Source: a virus
Taxonomy: Duplodnaviria > Caudoviricetes
Virus record (IMG/VR): IMGVR_UViG_3300025289_000029
Coordinates: 1 to 61,576 of that record
Direction: 5' to 3' (one strand)
DNA length: 61,576 bases
In this document: positions 49,681 through 57,230 of the stretch, one piece after another
Position numbering within the stretch: position 1 is the stretch's first letter
How the letters are laid out: every line of letters starts with the position of its first letter
Program-made: the position numbers and the translations under genes
Notes under the pieces: model-generated
The model's input: only the letters and a program-made list of their open reading frames with translations
What the model was told of the DNA's origin: nothing
Database searches by the model: none

Positions 49681-50635
49681 TGACTAACCCCAAGGGAGGC
49701 GTTGGCGGTTGAGCTAAGCCGGAGGTAATTGGTGACGCCATCTGGCTTTTAACTGTCAACGTCTCCCTATTTCTCCACTTAATACCTATTAAAACGTTTA
49801 CAATGTTGGCAGTTAACCTTTTTGGTTGGCTGCCGACTTTTTTTTGGGGAGATAGGGTTGGTAGTCAATTGAGACTAAGTATCAATAAGACAAAGTAGCC
49901 ATCAAAGTGACGTTGGAAGTGTCAAAATTGGCACTGAGTGGATAAAGTAAGTGGAGACTTGCTTCATAATTGGTCAAGTAGGTCGTTGGGGGGGTCAATG
50001 TTGGGGCTGAGAGGGATTTAGACAGTGTAGAGTTTGTCAATGTAGAGTTTGTCAATGGTGGCATACCGGAGTTCGGATTCTAGAACAGGGATAATCAAAT
50101 GTTGCAGCAAAGTTGGAAGTGGCAGCCGCTGAGCCTATTCACGTTTGGCGCTGCCAATGTTGGCAGCCCGTTTAAATTAGACGTGCGCGGAGACGCTCAG
50201 CGTTGGGAGTGTCAATGCTGACAGCCAACGTTGGCGTTGAGTGTGGGAGAGGGTTCCCTACAGGCTATCAGTTTTGACATTTTCAACAGTGGTTGGCCTT
50301 TTAAACTTATCACTCCAGAGCCTCACAGTGTTGGCGGTGTCAATAGTGACCGCCAATGTTGGGAGTTGATTTGGATAGCAGGTCGCTGAGGTGTGCTCAC
50401 CGTTGGTGCTACCAATGTTGGCCGAGGCCCATAACCATATCACACCAGAGTCTCTCAGCGGTGGACGTGCCAAAGGTGGCAGAAGCACACGCAAGCCCAT
50501 AATTTAATCACAACAGAGCCTCGGCACGTTTGGCGCTGCCAATGTTGGCGGGTCGCGGCCTGCGCCCGGTAGAACCCCTACTCTAACCCTAACGTCAACG
50601 TTCCGTGTTATGTCAACCTAAGCCTGCCCTTGGCT
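49681..50635. repeat. Non-coding array of degenerate CCAA(T/C)GTTGG and TTGG motifs
   Basis: CCAATGTTGG at 50154, 50353, 50412, 50539; CCAACGTTGG at 50225; 25-bp direct repeat at 50140 and 50525. Confidence 0.8.
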
Positions 50636-50636
50636 G

Positions 50637-50650
50637 CGAACGCACGTTCT
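50637..50650. promoter_or_regulatory. LexA/DinR (Cheo) box
   Basis: CGAAC-gcac-GTTCT. Confidence 0.6.
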
Positions 50651-51078
50651 GAAGAGACAAAATTGACCGTCTTCAGATACAAAAGATTCACAACTTTGAC
50701 GGTTGACACCATTGACAGTTGCTCTACTTATATGAGACAATTGTCGCAGATAACGACAGCCCCCTCCCCCGACAGCAGGCGCGCAGACCGACACGGCAGG
50801 CGCTAGGCCGAGGGGCGAGAGGGGCCGAATAGGGGAGAAGCCGGGAAGACGGGACACACACTCGCGCCCACCGGAGCCCCTGCGACAGACCGACAACCTG
50901 TTAGAGAGAGAACGGCGGTAAACGCCGTTGAACCGTGTAATGAGAGGTTGACGCTAACCCTCGCCGGTAGGGAGTAGAGCCTATCTAGCCTACGGCAAAA
51001 TGAGCGGCGAGATTGAATAGGGGGAGAACGTGATAGGCAAGCGCTTCTCCCCTCTCTCGTTACACGGTTCAGCGGTAT

Positions 51079-51092
51079 CGAACATTTGTTCT
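51079..51092. promoter_or_regulatory. LexA/DinR (Cheo) box
   Basis: CGAAC-attt-GTTCT just upstream of the RBS of the 51116 gene. Confidence 0.65.
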
Positions 51093-51115
51093 AGTGAACA
51101 AGGAGTTGACATAAC

Positions 51116-52051
51116 ATGAGCAAGAAGCGAAACCGCCGACCGATGCCGACGCCGCCGACAGCGCCGGAAGCGGTAACACCCGACGCCGCCGCCGTTGTAG
51201 CCGACGCGCAATCGCTCGTCTCTGACGAGCCGGAAGCGCAGACGCCCGACGCGGCGAAGGCAGTTGCCGAAACCGTCCCGACGCGAGCCTACGTCAAGAG
51301 CCTGCGAGCCTTGTCAGTCAAGGCAGTCAAGGCAGGCGACACGGCAACCGCCGACACCCTGACAGCGGCAGCTAACCTAGCCGAGCAGCAGGTAGAACAG
51401 CAGGAGCAGGAACGCAAGGCGAAGACAGCGCACAGCAGCGCCCTTCTCGCGTTCCTTCAGAAGCTGTTGCCTATCTGCTACGCAGGCGACATCAGCGACC
51501 GCGAGCGCATAGCGAAAGCGCTCGGAGTCACCGCCGACGACATCCCGAACGCGCCGCCTAACTCCCCCTTCACGGCGCGATTCAGCCTTGAACCGCCGTT
51601 TGTCGAGAACGCGACACGCGGGCGGAAGCAAGGCGACACCGCCCCCCGTGCGACAATCAATGCGAGCGACCTAAAGGCTGCAAGCGTTGAAGCATTCTTG
51701 ATGCCCGACGGTAGCGAGATGCCGCCGACGACCGTACACGGCAAGCCTGTCAAGGCACACCCTGTTGCCTACCTTGACGCGCTAGGCGTCTGCCGGTATG
51801 ACCGCGACTGCACGAACGCAGAGCACACAGCCGCAGCGGAGCGCGGCGATAAGGAAATCGCCGGACGGACGTTCACAGATGCGCAGCGGCAGAAATTCGC
51901 CGCAGGTGACGGGCTCAGGCACGGCGACAGCGCAAGCCGAGAGTTTGCGTCACACGGCGCTACCGACACCGTTCACAACGCCCGCATGACCGACGGAAGC
52001 ATTCAGCCCGTCAAGGACATCGTAGCGCAGATACTCGCAACCGCGAGTTAG
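51116..52051 (+). CDS. Hypothetical Trp-free protein (candidate pre-early/anti-defence)
   Basis: RBS aaggag; 311 aa; inside the CCA/TGG-free segment. Confidence 0.7.
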   Translation: MSKKRNRRPMPTPPTAPEAVTPDAAAVVADAQSLVSDEPEAQTPDAAKAVAETVPTRAYVKSLRALSVKAVKAGDTATADTLTAAANLAEQQVEQQEQERKAKTAHSSALLAFLQKLLPICYAGDISDRERIAKALGVTADDIPNAPPNSPFTARFSLEPPFVENATRGRKQGDTAPRATINASDLKAASVEAFLMPDGSEMPPTTVHGKPVKAHPVAYLDALGVCRYDRDCTNAEHTAAAERGDKEIAGRTFTDAQRQKFAAGDGLRHGDSASREFASHGATDTVHNARMTDGSIQPVKDIVAQILATAS

Positions 52052-52119
52052 TCACAGCGCCGCCGTTCTCTCTCTCTCACTTCTACCTGAACGAACGTAA
52101 CAGACAAGGAGAAGAACCG

Positions 52120-52329
52120 ATGAGCAGATACGCAAGGATGCGCATCCCCCGCTCCGAATACCTCCGAGTAGCGAACTACGGAGCGACGCCGGAGCGACTC
52201 GTCAACGCGAAGTGCAGCGCATGCGGCAGGAAGATAACGAGCGTCAGCCGCGACCGTGCTTTCCGCTTCCTACGCGAGCATGAAACGCTACACTTCCTAG
52301 AGCACGACCGAGAGGGGCGAAACCGATGA
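52120..52329 (+). CDS. Small C2H2-like protein
   Basis: CSAC...HETLH; RBS aaggag. Confidence 0.6.
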   Translation: MSRYARMRIPRSEYLRVANYGATPERLVNAKCSACGRKITSVSRDRAFRFLREHETLHFLEHDREGRNR

Positions 52330-52568
52330 TAGACATAGAGACAACCGACGCAGCAATCGCAGCCGCCCTTGACGAGATAGGCCGCAGCCGCCGCGAACTT
52401 GCGTTGCAAATCGACGGCGAGATGCAACGTATTTTCATTCGCGCCGTCACCCGTGCGGTAGTCACCGCCTTGACGCCGCCGGAGATGCGGCCCTATCTGC
52501 CGAGCAAACGCCTAACAAGCGAACCCCGCTACGACGACAACGGCAGGCGAGTCAAGGCGCGACGGTAG
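52326..52568 (+). CDS. Hypothetical protein
   Basis: ATGA coupling. Confidence 0.55.
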   Translation: MIDIETTDAAIAAALDEIGRSRRELALQIDGEMQRIFIRAVTRAVVTALTPPEMRPYLPSKRLTSEPRYDDNGRRVKARR

Positions 52569-52583
52569 TCAGTGACAGCCGCA

Positions 52584-52640
52584 GGTAGAGGGGCGAGGCG
52601 ACGACGACTTTAAAGAACACGCCGACGCCCGCCCCCTACC
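52584..52640 (+). terminator. Long GC-rich hairpin after the operon
   Basis: ggtagaggggcgaggcg...cgcccgccccctacc; no clear U-tract. Confidence 0.45.
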
Positions 52641-52782
52641 GCAGACCGACCCCGACCGCGTGGAAATTGCGCGGATCGGCAGAGCCACGAAGGGTCAGGA
52701 CATCTCTCATACGTACCAACTTTTAGGTTTAGAGAAGAACATATGTGCGACTACATTAGCACACATATGCTTGCTTCAGCAG

Positions 52783-53499
52783 CTAAGCTGAGCACTCAGG
52801 ATGCCAACTGCGCTCACCTGTTGCCATATCTATCAACCACCAAGCGCCCTGCTTATCTTGGGCGAAGTCAACGCTCCAGAAGTTGTAATGGACACAGACC
52901 GCACCGGCTTCTTCTGCCCGCGTTGCCAGCTCAGGCGGCGGCTCATACTGTTCTAGCTCTGTCAACGCTTCCTTCCATTTGGGCGGCTCAGCGCCGTGGA
53001 AGCGCATCGCGTCCTCTGTCCAATAGAAGTGTCGGCAGACAACTTTGCCATCACGGACAAAGTATCTCCATTCGCGGGCGATAGGATGCCCACCGAAGGC
53101 TTCAAACCCACTCTGTAGATCAAGGAACTGACGTAGCATAAAGGCCGCAGGCTGTGCGCGTTCTAACCAGAACTTGACTTCGTTGTCTTCAACCGTTGCC
53201 CACAGTACCTGTCTGATCCCCTCTGGGTCGCGGATTAGATAGCTATCGGGGCCTTGATGCTTTGCGCTCGCCAAGTCACTTCGCACGAACAGCGGATAGC
53301 CGAGTTCGTCAGCCACAGACGCAACCTTTTCAACCGTTGCCGCGAGCACTTTGTCAAACTCAGGTAGACGCTTTCTCGACTCCATTACACTGACCCAGAC
53401 AGCGTGGTCATATTGGACGAACCTAGTCTCCGGCACGCGCAAGTGAGCTATGCGTGGGAACCAGTAAAGAGCACTGTTCAACGCGGGTGCAGTTTCCAT
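52783..53499 (-). CDS. ATP-grasp (R2K-like) protein
   Basis: YPLFVRSD..SAKH; REWRYFV; WSVDF......WWLIDM. Confidence 0.7.
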   Translation of the reverse strand: METAPALNSALYWFPRIAHLRVPETRFVQYDHAVWVSVMESRKRLPEFDKVLAATVEKVASVADELGYPLFVRSDLASAKHQGPDSYLIRDPEGIRQVLWATVEDNEVKFWLERAQPAAFMLRQFLDLQSGFEAFGGHPIAREWRYFVRDGKVVCRHFYWTEDAMRFHGAEPPKWKEALTELEQYEPPPELATRAEEAGAVCVHYNFWSVDFAQDKQGAWWLIDMATGERSWHPECSA

Positions 53500-53502
53500 C
53501 TT

Positions 53503-53754
53503 CTACCACTTATCAATGATATCAAGGAGCCTATGGGTTATCTTGAGGTCTTCGGCTCTCAACCTCACATCCAGTCGTGGAACTATCCATCCAGCTTCAT
53601 CCAACGCGGCAATTAGCTGACGCACCGCTTCTCCATTGATTATGAGCGAGGGCTCTGCTGCGACACCCTCTTCGTAGTACCCTGCTGGAGAGTAGTTCCA
53701 AGACCCACGAGGTACGTCCAGCCACCAGTGACCAGGGCGATAAATTTTAGTCAT
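53503..53754 (-). CDS. Hypothetical protein
   Basis: Coupled ORF. Confidence 0.5.
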   Translation of the reverse strand: MTKIYRPGHWWLDVPRGSWNYSPAGYYEEGVAAEPSLIINGEAVRQLIAALDEAGWIVPRLDVRLRAEDLKITHRLLDIIDKW

Positions 53755-54001
53755 CTAGCATCTCCACTAGAACGTCTCCATGACACGGTAGGGGGGCACA
53801 CCAGCACCCTAAACGCCTACCACGAAGCTCATCGAGCGCGGCCATCAACTCTGGTGTTGCTTGTATCCACGTTCTGTATAGGTCAATCACCTTCCTGCGG
53901 CTGCCGTCCCTGCCGATCTTAAACGGATTCCCCCATTTCGACGGTCTGCCGATGTAGACATCGAACTCACTGTCACGTCTGTTGACAACAGTGGTATTCA
54001 T
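53747..54001 (-). CDS. DUF4326 family protein
   Basis: DVYIGRPSKWGNPF; L.GRRLGCWCAP.PCHGDVL. Confidence 0.9.
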   Translation of the reverse strand: MNTTVVNRRDSEFDVYIGRPSKWGNPFKIGRDGSRRKVIDLYRTWIQATPELMAALDELRGRRLGCWCAPLPCHGDVLVEMLDD

Positions 54002-54089
54002 TTCGTGTTTATAGAGGTGGCGTCGAGTTCATCATTTATCTTTTGTAAGTAAGCTGTCCATCCAAGGCATCAGCGCGAAAGGTGGGTAA

Positions 54090-54320
54090 TCACTGCGATT
54101 GTGATAACCGTCGTGCGTTCTCTTTAGAACCTCTTTGAAGTCTGCCATTCTCTGCCTCCATCAATCTCTCACGTCTTTCGTGTCTCAACTCACTGACGAT
54201 TTCGTCCCCAAATGTGATGATACCGTCCAATGGTGGAACACGCTCTGCCCCCACCTTGCTGCCACACTTGCAGAACCAACCCAGAAGTCTACCTGCACAG
54301 TTAACACAGTAAAGAGGCAT
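54090..54320 (-). CDS. Zinc-ribbon hypothetical protein
   Basis: CVNC...CKCG. Confidence 0.45.
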   Translation of the reverse strand: MPLYCVNCAGRLLGWFCKCGSKVGAERVPPLDGIITFGDEIVSELRHERRERLMEAENGRLQRGSKENARRLSQSQ

Positions 54321-54797
54321 CTACAGTTTGATTGACGCCCAGGTTATCACACGAGGCACATGGACGTAACGATTTCTGACAACTACCACCAGAGCGAATT
54401 TGTAGGGTACAACACGCAAACTGGCTCCTGTTGTTACCACGTCATCGATGACAACTATCGGCTCCTGACCAGCGGGTAATCTGTCAGGTGTTCCCCAAGC
54501 GTTGCCGGTGCGCTCAGCGAGAGCCTCTGCCCATACTATCCCTCCGGTCGGTATAGCGACCAATCGTACTTTTCTGTCTCCTAGCTTTTCCTGCCAATAG
54601 TCAAGCACGCTCTCCCGTATATGTTCATCGTTGAACATTGCTGCGCCGTCTACAAACCAATGACTCTTACTGCCGCTGTGCAGCGTGATAAGATTAGGGC
54701 TCCAACGTAGCCAACCACTCAAGGTGTGTAGCCACACAGACGTTGAACGTTGAGGGAGGCGTATATCTTGGGGTCGCCGTTGCGGGCGAACTCCCAT
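54321..54797 (-). CDS. Type I phosphoribosyltransferase (PyrE-like, short); start uncertain
   Basis: TLHSG.KS.WFVD; IPTGG; VVIDDVVTTGASL. Confidence 0.8.
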   Translation of the reverse strand: MGVRPQRRPQDIRLPQRSTSVWLHTLSGWLRWSPNLITLHSGSKSHWFVDGAAMFNDEHIRESVLDYWQEKLGDRKVRLVAIPTGGIVWAEALAERTGNAWGTPDRLPAGQEPIVVIDDVVTTGASLRVVPYKFALVVVVRNRYVHVPRVITWASIKL

Positions 54798-54916
54798 CTG
54801 ACCTCAGCTACTCTACAGGCGTCTGATTTATTATCAGACCCGCCCGTAGCGTTGAAGACAGCTACGACTATCGCCAGTGCTATCACTACGGCGCAGACCG
54901 TGAGAACGATTTTCAT
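54719..54916 (-). CDS. Small exported/membrane protein
   Basis: Signal-like N-terminus; ATGA coupling. Confidence 0.5.
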   Translation of the reverse strand: MKIVLTVCAVVIALAIVVAVFNATGGSDNKSDACRVAEVRWEFARNGDPKIYASLNVQRLCGYTP

Positions 54917-55224
54917 TTCAAACCTCTCAGTAGCTCCAACAACGACCGCTGTTTGTCAAAAGACATCTTGCTGATGTCTGTGGCCAGTTCGGGCAGAACG
55001 TCGATCTTTACGTATTTTGCACCCATGAGTGTATACACATCGGTTGCCAACGCTTCCGCAAGCCTGACCGCGACCCCAATCGATACGTTCTTCACCTGTC
55101 CGCACTCGACCTGTGATAGATACCCCTGGCTCATTCCAGCGGCCAGGGCCAATTCTTTTTGGGATAGCCCAAGCTCTCCTCTGATCGTTTTGACTCTCTG
55201 GCCGAGTTCTAACCCTGTAAGCAC
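54913..55224 (-). CDS. XRE-family HTH regulator
   Basis: LSQKELA..AGMSQGYLSQVE.G. Confidence 0.9.
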   Translation of the reverse strand: MLTGLELGQRVKTIRGELGLSQKELALAAGMSQGYLSQVECGQVKNVSIGVAVRLAEALATDVYTLMGAKYVKIDVLPELATDISKMSFDKQRSLLELLRGLK

Positions 55225-55285
55225 TACTTCTCTCCTAATTGAACATCTTCACCGTCGTTATATATGATAGAGTATCATCACGTCG

Positions 55286-55663
55286 ATGTCAATGCGTGAC
55301 CCTTCTCTACGAGGACTGCGAAGCGACCCTTCGATGCGGTTTCCCCGCCCCGATAAGCGCGACCCTGTTGATAGGGCCGAAGCTGCTAAGTCCTACTATC
55401 GCCGTAACGCCGATAAGGTCAACACACGTGTTGGCAGGTGGCGCGAAGAGAACCCCCGTAAGCGCGTCGCTCACATGGCTGTCAAGCGGGCGCTGTACAG
55501 TGGCGAACTGATAAAACTTGCCAACTGCCAACGGTGTCCTCGGAAGAAGATTGACGCTCACCATGACGACTATGACAGGCAGTTGGATATCATCTGGCTG
55601 TGTCGGAGCTGCCACCGTCTTCGCCATCGTCAGTTGAAATTGGAAGGACGTGACCCTGATTGA
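55286..55663 (+). CDS. HNH-type endonuclease
   Basis: CQRC...DAHHDDY.......WLCRSCH...H. Confidence 0.75.
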   Translation: MSMRDPSLRGLRSDPSMRFPRPDKRDPVDRAEAAKSYYRRNADKVNTRVGRWREENPRKRVAHMAVKRALYSGELIKLANCQRCPRKKIDAHHDDYDRQLDIIWLCRSCHRLRHRQLKLEGRDPD

Positions 55664-55765
55664 TGCTATAATAGTCATCGATGCTTGATGCGGTCTTAAC
55701 TGCCATCGCCATCGCGGTGATGTTCCTGGGAACCTACCTGGCGGCGTTCCCAAGAAAGGAGACTG

Positions 55766-56065
55766 ATGAACGAGATAGGTCTTGGAGTAGCGATGGGAGC
55801 ATTCCTTCCACCCGTGGTCAGCTTCCTGAAGCGGAGCCGTTGGCCGACATGGGCAACGATGGCGCTGACCGTTGCGGTCTGCCTCGTCGCAGGCACCGCA
55901 AACGGCGCTATCAACGGGACGGTGACGCTCAACGGTGATATCATCCAAGACACTGAGGGGCTGTTGGCGGCGTCAGCGGCGTCATTCACCAGTGCCACTG
56001 TTGTCTACAAGACGTTCTTTCAGAACACCGCTGTCAACGACACGTTGACAGGTGTGGACAGGTAA
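55766..56065 (+). CDS. Holin (putative)
   Basis: About 3 hydrophobic segments; PPVVSFLK..W; RBS aaggag. Confidence 0.6.
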   Translation: MNEIGLGVAMGAFLPPVVSFLKRSRWPTWATMALTVAVCLVAGTANGAINGTVTLNGDIIQDTEGLLAASAASFTSATVVYKTFFQNTAVNDTLTGVDR

Positions 56066-56096
56066 CGAGGCTAGGTACAGAAAGGAGGTGATCTAG

Positions 56097-56360
56097 TTGG
56101 TAGAACCAGTTGGCGTAGGTGACGCGGTGCGCTTCGTCGACGCCATCGGCAACCCACACGTTGCTGTCGTTACAGCCGTGTGGGGAACCTTTGAGCACGG
56201 CGACCCGTCTCACGGCACCGCCGTTCCCAGTCTGAACGTGGTCTACGTCTCCGATGACGAGACCAAGTACGACACCTATGGGCGGCAAATCCTCCGCGAG
56301 ACCAGCGTCGTTCACCGCTCCGCACAGGCGGCACACGGTATGTTCTGGGACAACCTGTAG
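56097..56360 (+). CDS. Conserved hypothetical protein
   Basis: GDAVRFVD..G.PH.A.VTAVWG; RBS aggagg. Confidence 0.6.
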   Translation: MVEPVGVGDAVRFVDAIGNPHVAVVTAVWGTFEHGDPSHGTAVPSLNVVYVSDDETKYDTYGRQILRETSVVHRSAQAAHGMFWDNL

Positions 56361-56455
56361 CCGCCCTCTCCGAGACGCTGGCACCGATGAGGCACCGGTT
56401 GATTGGAGACGCTGGTTCAACTGGAGGTAAATGGTCTTTAATAGGTACAGTTCGA

Positions 56456-56515
56456 GCGAAGCTTTAGCTTCGTCGTGCTTTACACCTTAAGGGTATAAGT
56501 GTCTATATAGGTGAT
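56456..56515 (-). repeat. Dispersed copy of the ~50-bp GACACTTAT element upstream of terS
   Basis: Reverse complement gacacttatacccttaaggtgtaaagcacgacgaagctaaagcttcgc resembles 37199-37244. Confidence 0.7.
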
Positions 56516-56564
56516 AACGATCCTAAGCATTTAAAGTAATCCAAAGCAGGTAAAGCAGGTAACG

Positions 56565-57230
56565 ATGTCAAAGACCTCTCAGAGCTATAAACAGATAGAC
56601 TCTAAAGTACAAAATATGGACTCTAACTGTCCTAAATGCTGGGCTATAAATAAGACCCGTAAAGTCCATGAAGGCTATCCCTACTGTTGGAGCCATTTAG
56701 GACGTGCTCAACGTTCAATAATCCGAAAGCAGAAACAGCTTGTAGTAGCTGACAGATTCGGGTTTTACACTCGGTCACTCTCTGACAGTATTAAACTCCT
56801 GCGACTGAAGGCAGAGCAGTCCAAGGATATAGGTGCGCTCTCTAATCCAGATGTTACTGAAGAACTTATTCTGGCTCGCTTACTGGTAGCAGACTTCTTT
56901 GAGAAGAACAAAGACGCGGCCCAATTACCTCTTAAAGATCTCACTGATGTCCTTAACACTATCTCCAAGATCGCTCGAACAGCTCAGACTATAACTGAAT
57001 CAGACAAACACGCTTTATCCCAGGAGATGTTGCGTGCTATAATCAATGCGATAAGCCATGCCTTCCATAAAGCGAACCTCCACTCCACACCAGAAGAGCG
57101 GGCCACTGTCTTTGCATCCGAAATCGCAAGAGTATTTGCGGGAGACCCTATCGAAGAGTATCCTGCGTCCATACCAGCAAGAACAGACAATAGACCTTCT
57201 TACGTGGACGGCGAAGTACAGACGGTTTAA
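56565..57230 (+). CDS. terS: Terminase small subunit (putative)
   Basis: Upstream of TerL; C.A...C..H.G...GFY...EEL.LAR. Confidence 0.6.
   Translation: MSKTSQSYKQIDSKVQNMDSNCPKCWAINKTRKVHEGYPYCWSHLGRAQRSIIRKQKQLVVADRFGFYTRSLSDSIKLLRLKAEQSKDIGALSNPDVTEELILARLLVADFFEKNKDAAQLPLKDLTDVLNTISKIARTAQTITESDKHALSQEMLRAIINAISHAFHKANLHSTPEERATVFASEIARVFAGDPIEEYPASIPARTDNRPSYVDGEVQTV

Noticed and set aside
49681-50635. CRISPR array
   Set aside because: Repeats are short, degenerate and irregularly spaced; no constant repeat-spacer period
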